NCBI GenBank assembly: GCA_963744315.1
Contig: CAVUTB010000018.1
Coordinates: 74,147-138,146 of the forward strand
Source: an uncultured Acidobacteriota bacterium
Lineage (GTDB): Bacteria > Acidobacteriota > Vicinamibacteria > Fen-336
Direction: 5' to 3'
DNA length: 64,000 bases
The translations under genes were made by a program, and so were the position numbers. The notes beneath the pieces were generated by a model. The model was not told the DNA's origin. It saw only the letters and a program-made list of their open reading frames with translations, and made no database searches. Shown here in pieces: positions 47,102-57,220 of this stretch. Numbering within the stretch: the stretch's first letter is position 1; every line of letters starts with the position of its first letter.

Positions 47102-48977
47102 TCACGCGCCTGCCTCGAGGACGATCACGTGGGCAGCGGCGCGGGCGGCGTAGAGCCCCTCGACCCAGCGCCGCGCGGTTCTCGAGCACCGCCTTCTGGT
47201 TGACCGAGCCCTTGTCGGTGAGCTCGCCGGCGTCGAGCGAGGGCGGCTGGTCGAGCAGGACGGCGCGCGCGACGAGAGTCGTGCTGCCGGTGCTCTCGCC
47301 CGCGACCGCCTGCAGGATCTGGCGGAACCTCGAGAGCACGCGCGGATCGTCGAAGAGCGTCCGCGCCGGGGCCGCGGCCTCGAGCTCGGGGCACAGTCCG
47401 CGGCACAGCGCGCGGTTCGGAAACACGAGCGCCGACACGAACGCCCGATCGTGGCCCGCGATCACGACATCCTGTACGTAGCCCGCCCCATGCGCCAGGA
47501 TCCGCGCGCGCAGCGCGCCGACGTGGACCCACGTTCCCGTCGAGAGCTTGAAGTCCTCGGCGAGCCGGCCGTCGAAGACGAGCCCCTTCGCGGGGTCGCC
47601 CGCGTCGACGCAGCGCATCGCGTCGCCCAGCCGGTAGAAGCCCTCCGCGTCGAAGGCCGCCTTCGTGAGCGCGTCGTCCCCGAAGTAGCCCGGAGTGACG
47701 TTCGGGCCGCGCACGCGGGCCTCGAGCTTCTCGGCCACGGGAGCCAGCTTGAGCTCGAGGCCCGGGACGGGAAAGCCCAGGAAGCCGGCCCAGGCGCCGG
47801 CGCGGGCGGTGCAGAGCGCGAAGGGCGCGGTCTCGGTGGCGCCCATGCCCGTCACCCAGAGCAGCTCCTCGCCGCAGCTCTCGACCGCCAATCCCTGGAG
47901 CTCGTCGAAAACCCGCTGCGTCAGGCCGGCCGCGGCGTAGAAGAACAGCTTGAGCTTCGCGAAGAAGCGCTCGCGCAGCACCGGGTCCGCGCGCAGGTGC
48001 GGCAGCAGCATCTCGTAGGTGCGCGGCACGGTGAAGTGCGCCGTGGCGGACACCTCGCGCAGGTTCCGGACCGTGGCGTCGAAGAGGCCGGGCAGCGGAC
48101 GGCCTTCGTCGATGTAGAGCGTGCCGCCGTGGTGGAGCACGATGCCGAAGTTGTGGTTGCCGCCAGCCGTGTGGTTCCAGGGCAGCCAGTCGCAGAGCAC
48201 GGGCGGCTCCTCGGCCAGGAACGGGAACACGGCCTCGAGCATGGCCTGATTGGAGCAGAGCATCCGCTGCGTGTTGACGACGCCCTTCGGCCGGCCGGTC
48301 GAGCCCGAGGTGTAGAGGATCTTCGCGATCGTGTCGGGGCCGACCCTCGCGCGAGCCTCGTCGACGGCGGCGGTGACCTCGGTCTCGGCGAGCGCCGCGA
48401 ACGGGGTCGCTCGCATCCCCTCGGGCGCCGACACCGACGTGACGAGCTCCGCGCCCGCCGGCAGCACGGCGGCGAGCGCCCGCTCGAAGTCCCGGCCCTC
48501 TGCCGCGAACACGAGCCCCGGGCTCAGGCGGCCCACGATCTGGCGCAGCGTGGCGTGGTCGCGCGCCTGCAGCGAGTAGGCCGTCGCGAGCGGGGCGTAC
48601 GGCACTCCGCAGTGCATCGCCGCGAGCGCGAGCAGCGCGTGCTCGATGCTGTTCCCCGAGAGGATCACGAGCGGCCGCTCGGCCGAGAGCCGCCGCTCGA
48701 GGAGCGCTGCCGCGATCCGCCGCACGGCTGCGAGCGCCTCGGCGTACGTGAGCGTGCGCCAGCCAAAGGCGGCGTCGCGCTGCGCCAGGAAAGCGCGATC
48801 GCCGGCGCGCTCGGCCCAGTGCTCGAGCCGTTCGGTGATCCGCCTCGGGTAGGGCCCGAGCGTGTGCCGCGACTGCAGGTAGAGGACGCCGTCCGAGCCT
48901 CGGCGCACGGCGGTGTCGGCTGCCGCGACGTTCACCGGCCGCACGCGCCGCGCGGTCGCGGGCGCGTTCGAGCTCAC
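47102..48977 (-). CDS. Feruloyl-CoA-synthetase-like AMP-dependent acyl-CoA ligase (Fcs type), with a frame change ~47150 in a GGG run
   Basis: GTG start overlaps the upstream TGA (GTGA). AMP-binding motif ILYTSGSTGRPKGV. C-terminus TDKGSVNQKAVLENRAAL(V)EGLYAARAAAHVIVLEAGA. Confidence 0.7.
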
Positions 48978-51125
48978 GGCCGCGCCTCCGCCGCCTCGAG
49001 CCTCCGGTCGTGCTCGCGGAAGCTCGAGCCCTCGCGTGCGAGGCGCGCGAGGAGCGGCGCCGGCTCGAAGCGCGGGCCGTGATCGCGCTGGAGCGCCAGC
49101 AGCCGCTCGTGGATCCTGCCGAGCCCGACGCTGTCGGCGTAGTAGAGCGGACCGCCGCGGAAGGCGGGGAAGCCGTAGCCGGTCAGGTAGATGACGTCGA
49201 TGTCCGCGGCACGCTGGGCGACGCCCTCGCCCAGCACGCGCGCGCCTTCGTTCACGAGCGCGTAGATCGTCCGCTCGAGGATCTCCTCGCGGGAGATCGC
49301 GCCGTCGCTCGATGCGGTTCGCGCGGGCGACCGACTCCACGAGCGCCGTCACCTCGGGATCCGGGATCGGCTTGCGATCCTCTCCGTAGCGGTACCAGCC
49401 CTTGCGGACCTTCTGACCCAGACGGCCCAGCTCGACCAGCAGGTCGGCGACGAGGGGCTTGCGCCCGTCCTCGCCCTCGAACTGGCGCAGCTCCTTGCGG
49501 ACGCGCCAGGCGACGTCGAGCCCGCCCATGTCGTCGACCGCGAAGATCCCCATCGCCATGCCGAAGTCCGTGAGCACCTGGTCCACCTGCTCCGGCGAGG
49601 CGCCTTCCTCGGCCAGGAACTGCGCCTCGTACATGTACGGGAACATGATGCGGTTGCCGACGAAGCCCGGCGCGTTGCGCACGACCACGCCCACCTTGGA
49701 GAGGCGCTTCGCGAACTGGAGCGCAGCCGCGACGACGCCTTGGCCCGTGGCCACGCCGCGCACGATCTCGACGAGCCGCATCACGTGGGCCGGGCTGAAG
49801 AAATGCAGGCCGATCGACCGACTCGGGCACTCCCGAGACCGCGCCGAGCTGGTCGATGTCGAGCGTCGAGGTGTTGCTGGCCAGGATGGCGCCGGGCCGC
49901 GCCTGACGCCCGATCTCGCCGAACACCTCCTTCTTGATCGTCATGTTCTCGTACACCGCCTCGATCACGAGGTCGGCCGACGCGCAGCCGTCGTAGCCCG
50001 AGACGCTCCGGATCCGCGCGAAGCGCTCCGCGGCCGCGGCGGCCGTCAGGCGTCCGCGATCCACCGACGACTGGTAGCTGCGCTGGATGGTGGAGAAGCC
50101 GCGCGTGAGCGCCTCCGTGCTGCCGTCGCTCAGGCTCACGCGCAGGCCGGCGTTGGCGCAGGCCATCGCGATCGACGCGCCCATCGTGCCCGCCCCCAGG
50201 ATCGCCACCTGCTCGATCGCGGCCGGCGTTCCGTTTCCCGCGAGTCCCGGCAGCTTGGCGGCGCTCCGCTCGGCCAGGAACCCGTGCAGCATGGCGCCGG
50301 GCCTGCTCGGACCGCACGCAGCCGAGCGCCAGCGCGCGCTCGTGACGGCAGCCCTCGTCGAAGGGGAGCGTCGCCGCGGCCGCGATCGCCTGGATCGCCG
50401 CGAGCGGCGCGGTCTGATGGGCGCGCGTCTTGCGCGCCTGCTCGCGAGCCGCGGCGAAGAGCGGCTCGTTCGACGCGGCGTCGCCGAGCTTCTCGGTCCG
50501 CTCGCGGGTCCGCGGGTGGGGCGCGCCGCGCCGTGCCGCGTCGCGGGCGAAGGCGACCGCGCTCTCGATGACGTCGCCGTCGAGGACGGCGTCCACGAGC
50601 CCGGCGCGGCAGGCGTCCTCCGCCCCGATCGGCTTGCCGCCCACCACCATCTCGAGCGCTTTCGCGACGCCGACGAGGCGAGTCAGCCGTTGCGTTCCCT
50701 CCGCGCCCGGAATGATGCCGAGGTTCACCTCGGGCAGGCCCAGGCGCGCCTCGGGATCGGCCAGGCGATAGTGCCCGGCCATCGCCAGCTCGAGGCCGCC
50801 GCCGAGCGCCGTGCCGTTGAGCGCGATCACGATCGGCTTGCGCGAAGTCCTCGACGAGCTGCAGCAGCCCGTGGAAGTCGGGCGGCTCGACGGCGTGGTC
50901 GAGGACCGCCGCCTCGAGCTCGCGGATGTCGGCGCCGGCCGCGAACGTCCGCCCGCTGCCCGTGATCACGACCGCGCGCAGCTCCGGATCCGTTCCCAGG
51001 CGGCCGAGGGCCGAGGCGAGCGCGCTCCGCACCGGCTCCGCGAGCGCGTTCACGGGCGGGTGGTCGATGCGGACGACGGCGACGTCGCCCCGGCGCTCGA
51101 GCTGGACGAGCTCAGGCGAGCCCAT
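48974..51125 (-). CDS. Bifunctional enoyl-CoA hydratase / 3-hydroxyacyl-CoA dehydrogenase (FadJ/FadN-like), with at least 4 frame changes
   Basis: Crotonase N-terminus (VVRIDHPPVNAL...FAAGADI...LNGTALGGGLELAMA). NAD-binding VAILGAGTMGASIA. C-terminal dehydrogenase dimerisation domain ...RLVEIVRG... Parts fall in ORFs 50136..51131, 49781..50830, 49252..50292 and 48974..49255. Confidence 0.7.
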
Positions 51126-52416
51126 GGCCACCGTGCATCAGCGCGTAGTCCCTGCGGTAGGGGCGCCACGTCGCGAAGAAGAGGATCGCCGAGACGAGCG
51201 ACGCCGTGCCGACGGTCAGCGCGAGCGACCAGCCGACCATCTGCCCGCTCCGGAACACGTAGTCGTTCAGCAGTCCCGGCAGCGCGGGGCCGAGGATCAG
51301 GCCGCCGAGGTTCAGCGTGAAGACCTGCAGCGCCCCGATCTGGCCGCGCACCTGGTTCGGCAGGATCAGCTGCAGCGAGGCGTAGACGCTGCCGATCGGC
51401 ATGGCGAGGAAGAAGAAGGCGGGGCCCAGCAGCGCGAGCTGCATCTCGAGCGCGCGGCATCGACAAGGACAGCGTGAAGAAGGCGCCGGCGCAGAGCGTC
51501 GCCAGCACGCCGACCCGCAGCGGCGCTTCGGCGATCCCGCGGCGCTGCCAGTAGTCCGCGAGCCGCCCGCCGCTGTAGGACCCGAGCGAGGCCGGTGGCG
51601 AGAGAGATGACGCCGAGCGTCACGCCGGCCTGGCGGAGCGACCAGCCGTGCACGCCGCACGAAGTAGGTCGGCAGCCACGCCTGCTGGGCGTAGTTGCAG
51701 AGCGCCTGGGCCGCGAAGCCGAAGCAGATCCCGGCCACCGAGGCGAGCCGCAGCTTCACCTCGCGCGCGACGTCCGCGAGGCGGAGCCGCGCCGGCTCGC
51801 CGCCCGTGGTGCGCAGCAGGTCCTTTCGCGGCGGCTCGCGGATCGTGAGGGCCAGGAGCGCCACCAGCAGGCCCGGCAGCCCGACGATCAGGAACGTGAG
51901 CCGCCAGGAGCCGACGGCGCCGATGATGAGCCCGCCCAGGATCAGGGCCAGCCCGGAGCCGAAGAAGATGCCCATCGAGAAGATGCTGAGCGCGGTCGCC
52001 AGCCGCCCCTTGGGGAAGTAGTCCGAGAGCAGCGAGAAGGCGGACGGCGAGAGCGTCGCTTCGCCGATCCCCACGCCCATCCTCGCGAGGAACAGCGTGG
52101 CGAAGCTGCGCGCTCCCGCGCAGAGCGTGGTCATCAGGCTCCAGCAGAAGATGCCCGCGGCCACCAGGTTGCGCCGGTTCTTGGTGTCGGCGATGCGGCC
52201 CATCGGAATCCCGAGCAGCGTGTAGAAGACGCCGAACGCCAGCCCCTGCAGCAGGCCGATCTGGGTGTCGCTGATCCCGAGCTCGAGCTTGATCGGCGTC
52301 ACCAGCAGGCCGAGGATCTGGCGGTCGATGAACGACAGCGTGTTGCACGCCATCAGGACGATGGCGACGTACCAGGCGTGGCGCAGCTCGCGGTCGGCTT
52401 CGACGCTTGTTTCCAT
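51112..52416 (-). CDS. MFS transporter, with about 3 frame changes between 51360 and 51700
   Basis: Twelve-transmembrane pattern. MFS motif A-like GRIADTKNRR. N-terminus LSFIDRQILGLL. Confidence 0.65.
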   Translation of the reverse strand: METSVEADRELRHAWYVAIVLMACNTLSFIDRQILGLLVTPIKLELGISDTQIGLLQGLAFGVFYTLLGIPMGRIADTKNRRNLVAAGIFCWSLMTTLCAGARSFATLFLARMGVGIGEATLSPSAFSLLSDYFPKGRLATALSIFSMGIFFGSGLALILGGLIIGAVGSWRLTFLIVGLPGLLVALLALTIREPPRKDLLRTTGGEPARLRLADVAREVKLRLASVAGICFGFAAQALCNYAQQAWLPTYFVRRARLVAPPGRRDARRHLSRHRPRSGPTAAGGSRTTGSAAGSPKRRCGSACWRRSAPAPSSRCPCRCRALEMQLALLGPAFFFLAMPIGSVYASLQLILPNQVRGQIGALQVFTLNLGGLILGPALPGLLNDYVFRSGQMVGWSLALTVGTASLVSAILFFATWRPYRRDYALMHGGHGLA

Positions 52417-52456
52417 GCTGCCGGGTCGCGCCGCAAAGCCGGCGCTCGGCCCGGCA

Positions 52457-53067
52457 TCATAGACGATGGGCGATCTTGTCGGCCATGCGCACCAGCTCGG
52501 CGAGCGAGTGGGCGCCCATCTTCTGCATCACGCGGGAGCGGTGCACCTTGACGGTCTTCTCGGTGGTGCCGAGCCGGGCGCCCACCTGCTTGTTGAGCAG
52601 GCCCGTGACGATCAGGCCGAACACGTCGCGCTCGCGCGGAGTGAGCGTGCCGAGCCGCTCCTGCAGCTGCGCGCGCTCGGCGCGCTGGATGCGGCGCTCG
52701 CCGTCCTGCTCGAGGCCCCGCGCCACGGCGGCGAGCAGCGTCTCGTCCGAGACCGGCTTCTCCAGGAAGTCGACGGCCCCGCTCTTCATCGCCTGCACGC
52801 CGCTCTGCACGTCGGCGCGGCCGCTGATGAAGACGAGCGACAGCTCGATGCCGCGCTCGAGCAGCAGCTCCTGGAGGTCGAGCCCGCTCAGGCCGGGCAT
52901 CTTCAGGTCGACGACCAGGCAGGCGGGGAGATCGTCGAGCTCGACGCCGATCAGGAAATCCTCGGCCGTGCCGAACGCGGTCGTCTGATATCCCGCGTTG
53001 CGCAGGACGCGCGTGAGCGCGCGTCGCACGCCGGCATCGTCGTCGACGAGGTAGACACGCGTGCCCG
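52457..53067 (-). CDS. LuxR/FixJ-family response regulator (REC + HTH)
   Basis: TTG 53067. VYLVDDDAGVRRAL...VVDLKMPGLSG. C-terminal LTPRERDVFGLIVTGLLNKQVGARLGTTEKTVKVHR. Confidence 0.7.
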
Positions 53068-53195
53068 GCTGAGCCAAGTCTCTTCCCCGACCCCATACTA
53101 GCACCGGGCTCGCCCGTGAACGGATCGCGGACGCCCGCAGGACAGAACGCTCAGGACCTGAACGCGCCAGTCGACGCAAGGGCGGCTAAGTCCTG

Positions 53196-55910
53196 TTACG
53201 GCGCCCTGGCGTGGGCTGGCCTCGCCTCGACGAGCGGCAGGGTGAAGGTGAAGCGCGCGCCGCGTTCCCGGTCCGCGTCGACCGTGATCGTGCCGCCGTG
53301 CGCCCCGAGAATCGACCGTGCGATCGAGAGGCCCATGCCCATGCCCTTGGCCTTGGTCGTGAAGAAGGGCTTGAAGATCTCGTGCCGGACGGGCGTGGGC
53401 AGCCCCGGCCCCGTGTCTTCGACGGACACCCGCGCCATTCCGCCCGGAGCCCGCTCGGTGCGGATCCCGATCCGGCGGTCGCCGTCGGTCTCGGCCAGCG
53501 CCTCGAGCGCGTTCACCACCAGGTTGAGCAGCACCTGCTGCAGCTGGACGCGGTCTCCGCGGGTGGTGAGCGACTCCTCCGTCAGCTCCGAGCGCATGCT
53601 GACCCCGCGCAGCATCACGTCGTTGCCGAGCAGGCGCAGGACGCCGCGCACGAGCGCGTTCACGTCGAGCTCCTCCTGCGTGCCCTCGCCCTTGCGGAGC
53701 AGCTCGCGCAGCCCCCGGATCACCTCGCCGGCGCGCCGGTCCTCGTCGATGATGTCGGTGATGATCTCCTGGACCTCGCGGCGGCCGTCGGCGGTGGCCG
53801 GCGCGGCCAGGATCTTCCGCGCCGTCTGGGCGTTCGCCAGGATCGCCGCGAGCGGCTGGTTGAGCTCGTGGGCGATCGAGGTCGTCATCTCGCCGATCGT
53901 CGACACCCGCAGGTAGTGGGCGAGCTCCTGCCGGCTCTTGTCGGCCTCCGCTTCCGCGTCCCGGCGCTCGGTGATGTCCGTGTGGGACACGACGGCGCCG
54001 CCCTCCGGCCGGTCGAGCGGCACGGCCGTCATGTGGAACCAGCGCTCGCCGTCCGGGCCGGGGCAGCCGTAGTCCTGGCCGAAGCTCGGAAGGCCGCGCT
54101 CGAGCACGCCCTGGATGCCGACGGACGCCTCGCGCGCGAGCTCGTCGCCGCTCTCGGCCGCGCGGCGGCAGACGTCGAGATAGCTCTCGCCGGGGCCCAC
54201 GATGCTCGCGGCCGGCGAGTGCAGGCGGCCGAAGCGCGTCCAGCTCTCGTTGACCGCGATGATGCGGCCGTCGCGGTCGAGCACGGCCACCAGGCTGGTG
54301 AGCGACGACAGCACGGCCGACTTCATGCTCTCGCTGGCGCGCAGCGCGTCCTCGGCGAGCATGCGCGCGAGCGCCCCGGCCAGGACGTCGGCCACGAGCC
54401 GGCTGTTCGCCACCACCGGCTCCGGCCAGCTGCGGTGCGTCGTGGTCGAGACGAGCGCCAGGCCGCCGAGCACCTCGCCGCCTGCCACGAGCGGCAGCGC
54501 CAGCAGCGACCGCGCGCCCATGCGCCGTAAGCGCTCCCGCTCCTCCGGCCGCGTCGGCAGCGCCTCGACGTCCGAGCTGACGATCGGCAGCTGGCTCATG
54601 ATGCGTTCGGCGCACCATCCGAAGGACTCCCGCCCGACGCGCGAGGGTGCGCGGCTCGCGCTCGGTCCGTGCCAGGCCACCGGCTCGAACGCCCGGCCCT
54701 GGCGCGTGAGCAGCCAGAGCCCGCACGCGTCGAGCTCGAAGAACCTCGCGAGCCGCTCGAGCGAGGCCTGGAACTCGAAATGCATCTTGTGGCTCGGCAG
54801 GTGGACGAACGCCCCCGAGAGCTGGGAGAGCAGCTCCTCGAAGCGAAGCCGCTGCCGCAGCGTGTCGGCGATCTGAGCGCGCTCCTTCATCAGCGCGCTC
54901 ACGAACAGCAGCGGCACGCCTACCACGATCAGGAACACCTGCAGCGCCATCACGCGCTGCTCGGCCGGAAGGTCGGTGAGCGGCGAGCGGCCCGACAGCG
55001 CGGTGCCGATCGCCAGCAGCGCCGTGACCAGCAGCGAGAGGCTTGCGCCGAACGGCCCGAAGCGGACCGCCGCGACGATGATGAGCGGCATCAGGAACGG
55101 CAGCGCCGTGTAGGGCCCCCCCGGCAGGAACGGATGCGCGCGCTGGGAGTCGCTGAAGACCATCCAGCCCACGGTCACGAGCGCCAACGCCAAGAGCGTC
55201 GCCTCGAGACGCTTGCGGCGCGTGGAGGCCCGCAGCCACTGGGGCCACTGGCGCACGAGCAGGACGGCGGACGGCACCAGCGTCAGCTGGCTGAGGCTGT
55301 TCGACAGCAGGCGCCGGACGCAGACGAGGCCGTAGGGGTCGCCCTGGAAGTAGTTCACCGCCGCCGCGTCGGGAAACGTCGAGACGAGCGGCCCGAGCAC
55401 GACGGCGCCGCCGACGAAGGCGAGCGCCCGCTGCAGGCTGTCGAAGCGGTTCGGGTCGTCGCTCCACGCGCGCACGAGGCCCGCGGCCACGACCGCCTCC
55501 AGGCAGTTGGTCCCGAAGAGGGTGACGACGAAGGCCGGCGCGAATCCCGCTTGCGCCAGGGCGAGCCAGTGCGCCGGAAACGCAGCAGCGAGGCAGAGCC
55601 ACCAGCGCGTGGGAGGCGTCAGCAGCAGCGCTGCCGTCAGGAGCGAGTTGGGCGGCCAGATCACGGAGGTGACGGCCGGAGGAAAACGCAGCACGGACCC
55701 GATCTGCGCACCCAGGTAGTAGGTGGCCGCCACCGCCAGGGCCAGCAGCGCGCCCCGGGCGAGCGGCGAGCGCGTGTGGAGCGCGATCCCGGATCGGCCT
55801 TCCGCACTGCGCCTCAGGCATCTCGGATACAGGCCGGTGGTTTCCTGGCTCCCGACCGTGCCGAATAGTAGCGCATAGGACGTTGGTCCAATACCCAACC
55901 GGCTCGACAA
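53196..55910 (-). CDS. Sensor histidine kinase (MASE1 membrane domain / GAF / PAS / HisKA / HATPase)
   Basis: MASE1 helices (AATYYLGAQIGSVLRFPPAVTSVIWPPNSLL). H-box SIAHELNQPL. HATPase motifs NLVVNALEA, DTGPGL, GMGMGLS. Start uncertain: ATG 55910 would overlap the divergent regulator start. Confidence 0.75.
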   Translation of the reverse strand: MSSRLGIGPTSYALLFGTVGSQETTGLYPRCLRRSAEGRSGIALHTRSPLARGALLALAVAATYYLGAQIGSVLRFPPAVTSVIWPPNSLLTAALLLTPPTRWWLCLAAAFPAHWLALAQAGFAPAFVVTLFGTNCLEAVVAAGLVRAWSDDPNRFDSLQRALAFVGGAVVLGPLVSTFPDAAAVNYFQGDPYGLVCVRRLLSNSLSQLTLVPSAVLLVRQWPQWLRASTRRKRLEATLLALALVTVGWMVFSDSQRAHPFLPGGPYTALPFLMPLIIVAAVRFGPFGASLSLLVTALLAIGTALSGRSPLTDLPAEQRVMALQVFLIVVGVPLLFVSALMKERAQIADTLRQRLRFEELLSQLSGAFVHLPSHKMHFEFQASLERLARFFELDACGLWLLTRQGRAFEPVAWHGPSASRAPSRVGRESFGWCAERIMSQLPIVSSDVEALPTRPEERERLRRMGARSLLALPLVAGGEVLGGLALVSTTTHRSWPEPVVANSRLVADVLAGALARMLAEDALRASESMKSAVLSSLTSLVAVLDRDGRIIAVNESWTRFGRLHSPAASIVGPGESYLDVCRRAAESGDELAREASVGIQGVLERGLPSFGQDYGCPGPDGERWFHMTAVPLDRPEGGAVVSHTDITERRDAEAEADKSRQELAHYLRVSTIGEMTTSIAHELNQPLAAILANAQTARKILAAPATADGRREVQEIITDIIDEDRRAGEVIRGLRELLRKGEGTQEELDVNALVRGVLRLLGNDVMLRGVSMRSELTEESLTTRGDRVQLQQVLLNLVVNALEALAETDGDRRIGIRTERAPGGMARVSVEDTGPGLPTPVRHEIFKPFFTTKAKGMGMGLSIARSILGAHGGTITVDADRERGARFTFTLPLVEARPAHARAP
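55878..55895. promoter_or_regulatory. Recurrent 18-nt motif, instance D (AGGACGTTGGTCCAATAC)
   Basis: See instances A-C. Lies 42 bp upstream of the regulator gene at 55937. Confidence 0.35.
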
Positions 55911-55936
55911 GTGAGAGGTTACGTCCGAGAGCGCGC

Positions 55937-56308
55937 ATGACTCGCGGGACCGTCTTTCTCGTCGACGACGACGCTTCGGTCCGCAAGGCCCTGCAGCGCC
56001 TGATCCGGGCCGCGGGGTACGACGTCGAGTCGTTCGCGGACGCGGCGGGCTACCTGGCGTCCCCCGTGCCCTCGCTGCCCGCCTGCATCGTGCTCGACAT
56101 CCGGATGCCGGCGATGAGCGGCTTCGAGCTGCAGAGCGCCATCGCCGGCACGCCGCGCTCGCTGCCCGTCGTCTTCATCACCGGCCACGGCGACGAGGCC
56201 GTGCGCAGCCAGGCGCTCGAGGCCGGCGCCGTGGACGTGCTGTTCAAGCCCATCGACGAGGAGGAGCTGGTGTCGGCCATCGAGAAGGCGCTCGAGACGC
56301 GCCACTAG
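55937..56308 (+). CDS. CheY-like single-domain response regulator
   Basis: ATG 55937. MTRGTVFLVDDDASVRKAL...VLDIRMPAMSGFEL...VVFITGHGD. Confidence 0.75.
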   Translation: MTRGTVFLVDDDASVRKALQRLIRAAGYDVESFADAAGYLASPVPSLPACIVLDIRMPAMSGFELQSAIAGTPRSLPVVFITGHGDEAVRSQALEAGAVDVLFKPIDEEELVSAIEKALETRH

Positions 56309-56317
56309 GGAGGCCCG

Positions 56318-57142
56318 GTGCGCCTTCGCCTGCTCCTGGTCCTGACGCTGCTGGAGGCGGCCGTCGTGCCGTCGGCCGACGTGAGGGCGCAGCCCGCCAA
56401 GGATGCCGATCGAGAGCAGTTCCTGCTGGAGGCGCAAGTGGTGCGCGCGCGTCAGGCGCCCGGCGGCATCACGGGCTCGCGGCGGGCGACGCTGCGCCGG
56501 GGCGGCGTGACGCACGACGCCGACATCCAGGTGATCGACGAGTCGAGCCCGGAGCGGACGCTCGCGTCGACGACCGAGCTCGACTTCCGGGACAGCTGGC
56601 GCAACAACGTGGCGGCCTACCGCCTCGACCGCCTGCTCGGCCTCGGCATGGTCCCGGTGACGGTGATCCGCGACTACGACGCCAGGCGCGGTGCGTTCAC
56701 CTGGTGGCTCGACAACCGGCTCATGACCGAGAAGGAGCGCCACGAGACGCGCCAGGAGGCTCCGGACGTGGAGGCGTGGAACCGACAGGTGCACGTGGTG
56801 CGGATCTTCGACCAGCTCATCTTCAACTTCGATCGCAACCTCGGCAACCTGCTGATCGACAAGAGCTGGCAGCTCTGGATGATCGACCACACGCGCGCCT
56901 TCAAGGTCTTCAAGGACCTCCGGGACCAGAAACAGCTTCCGGAGAATTGCCCGCGCCGGCTGCTGGCGGCGCTGCGCAGGCTCGACGAGCCGACGCTCAA
57001 GATGCGCGCGGGCGGCCTGCTGAGCATGGGCCAGATCGAGGGATTGCTCGGACGCCGCGACCGCATCGTCGCCCACTACGACCGCCTGATCGCCGCGCAC
57101 GGCGAGGCGGCGGTGCTCTACGACCTGCCCGTGCGGCGCTGA
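56318..57142 (+). CDS. Secreted hypothetical protein with PI3K/PI4K-like catalytic-loop motifs
   Basis: Signal peptide MRLRLLLVLTLLEAAVVPSADVRA. FNFDRNLGNLLID (DRxxxN) and WMIDHTRAF (DFG-like) resemble the atypical-kinase catalytic and activation segments. Confidence 0.4.
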   Translation: MRLRLLLVLTLLEAAVVPSADVRAQPAKDADREQFLLEAQVVRARQAPGGITGSRRATLRRGGVTHDADIQVIDESSPERTLASTTELDFRDSWRNNVAAYRLDRLLGLGMVPVTVIRDYDARRGAFTWWLDNRLMTEKERHETRQEAPDVEAWNRQVHVVRIFDQLIFNFDRNLGNLLIDKSWQLWMIDHTRAFKVFKDLRDQKQLPENCPRRLLAALRRLDEPTLKMRAGGLLSMGQIEGLLGRRDRIVAHYDRLIAAHGEAAVLYDLPVRR

Positions 57143-57173
57143 GGCTCGCCGCCTCGGGCGCCCGGAAAGCAGT

Positions 57174-57201
57174 CCGGCCGGGACTTCGAAGCCCCGGCCG
57201 G
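57174..57201. terminator. GC hairpin between convergent genes (CCGGCCGGGAC-ttcgaa-GCCCCGGCCGG)
   Basis: 10-bp stem with one mismatch and no clear U-tract. Confidence 0.3.
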
Positions 57202-57220
57202 ACCAGCGGTCAGGAGAGTC

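Noticed and set aside
46806-49784. A 992-aa minus-strand ORF taken as one giant protein
   Set aside because: It concatenates the amidohydrolase N-terminus, the full Fcs-like ligase and the C-terminal domain of the hydratase/dehydrogenase through frame errors. The GTGA junction at 48974-48977 and the stop at 47102 define separate genes.
53098-55986. A 962-aa minus-strand ORF and the plus-strand ORFs 53116..53916 and 54669..55868 in the histidine-kinase locus
   Set aside because: They are alternative frames or antisense of the well-supported MASE1-GAF-PAS-HisKA-HATPase kinase (53196..55910).
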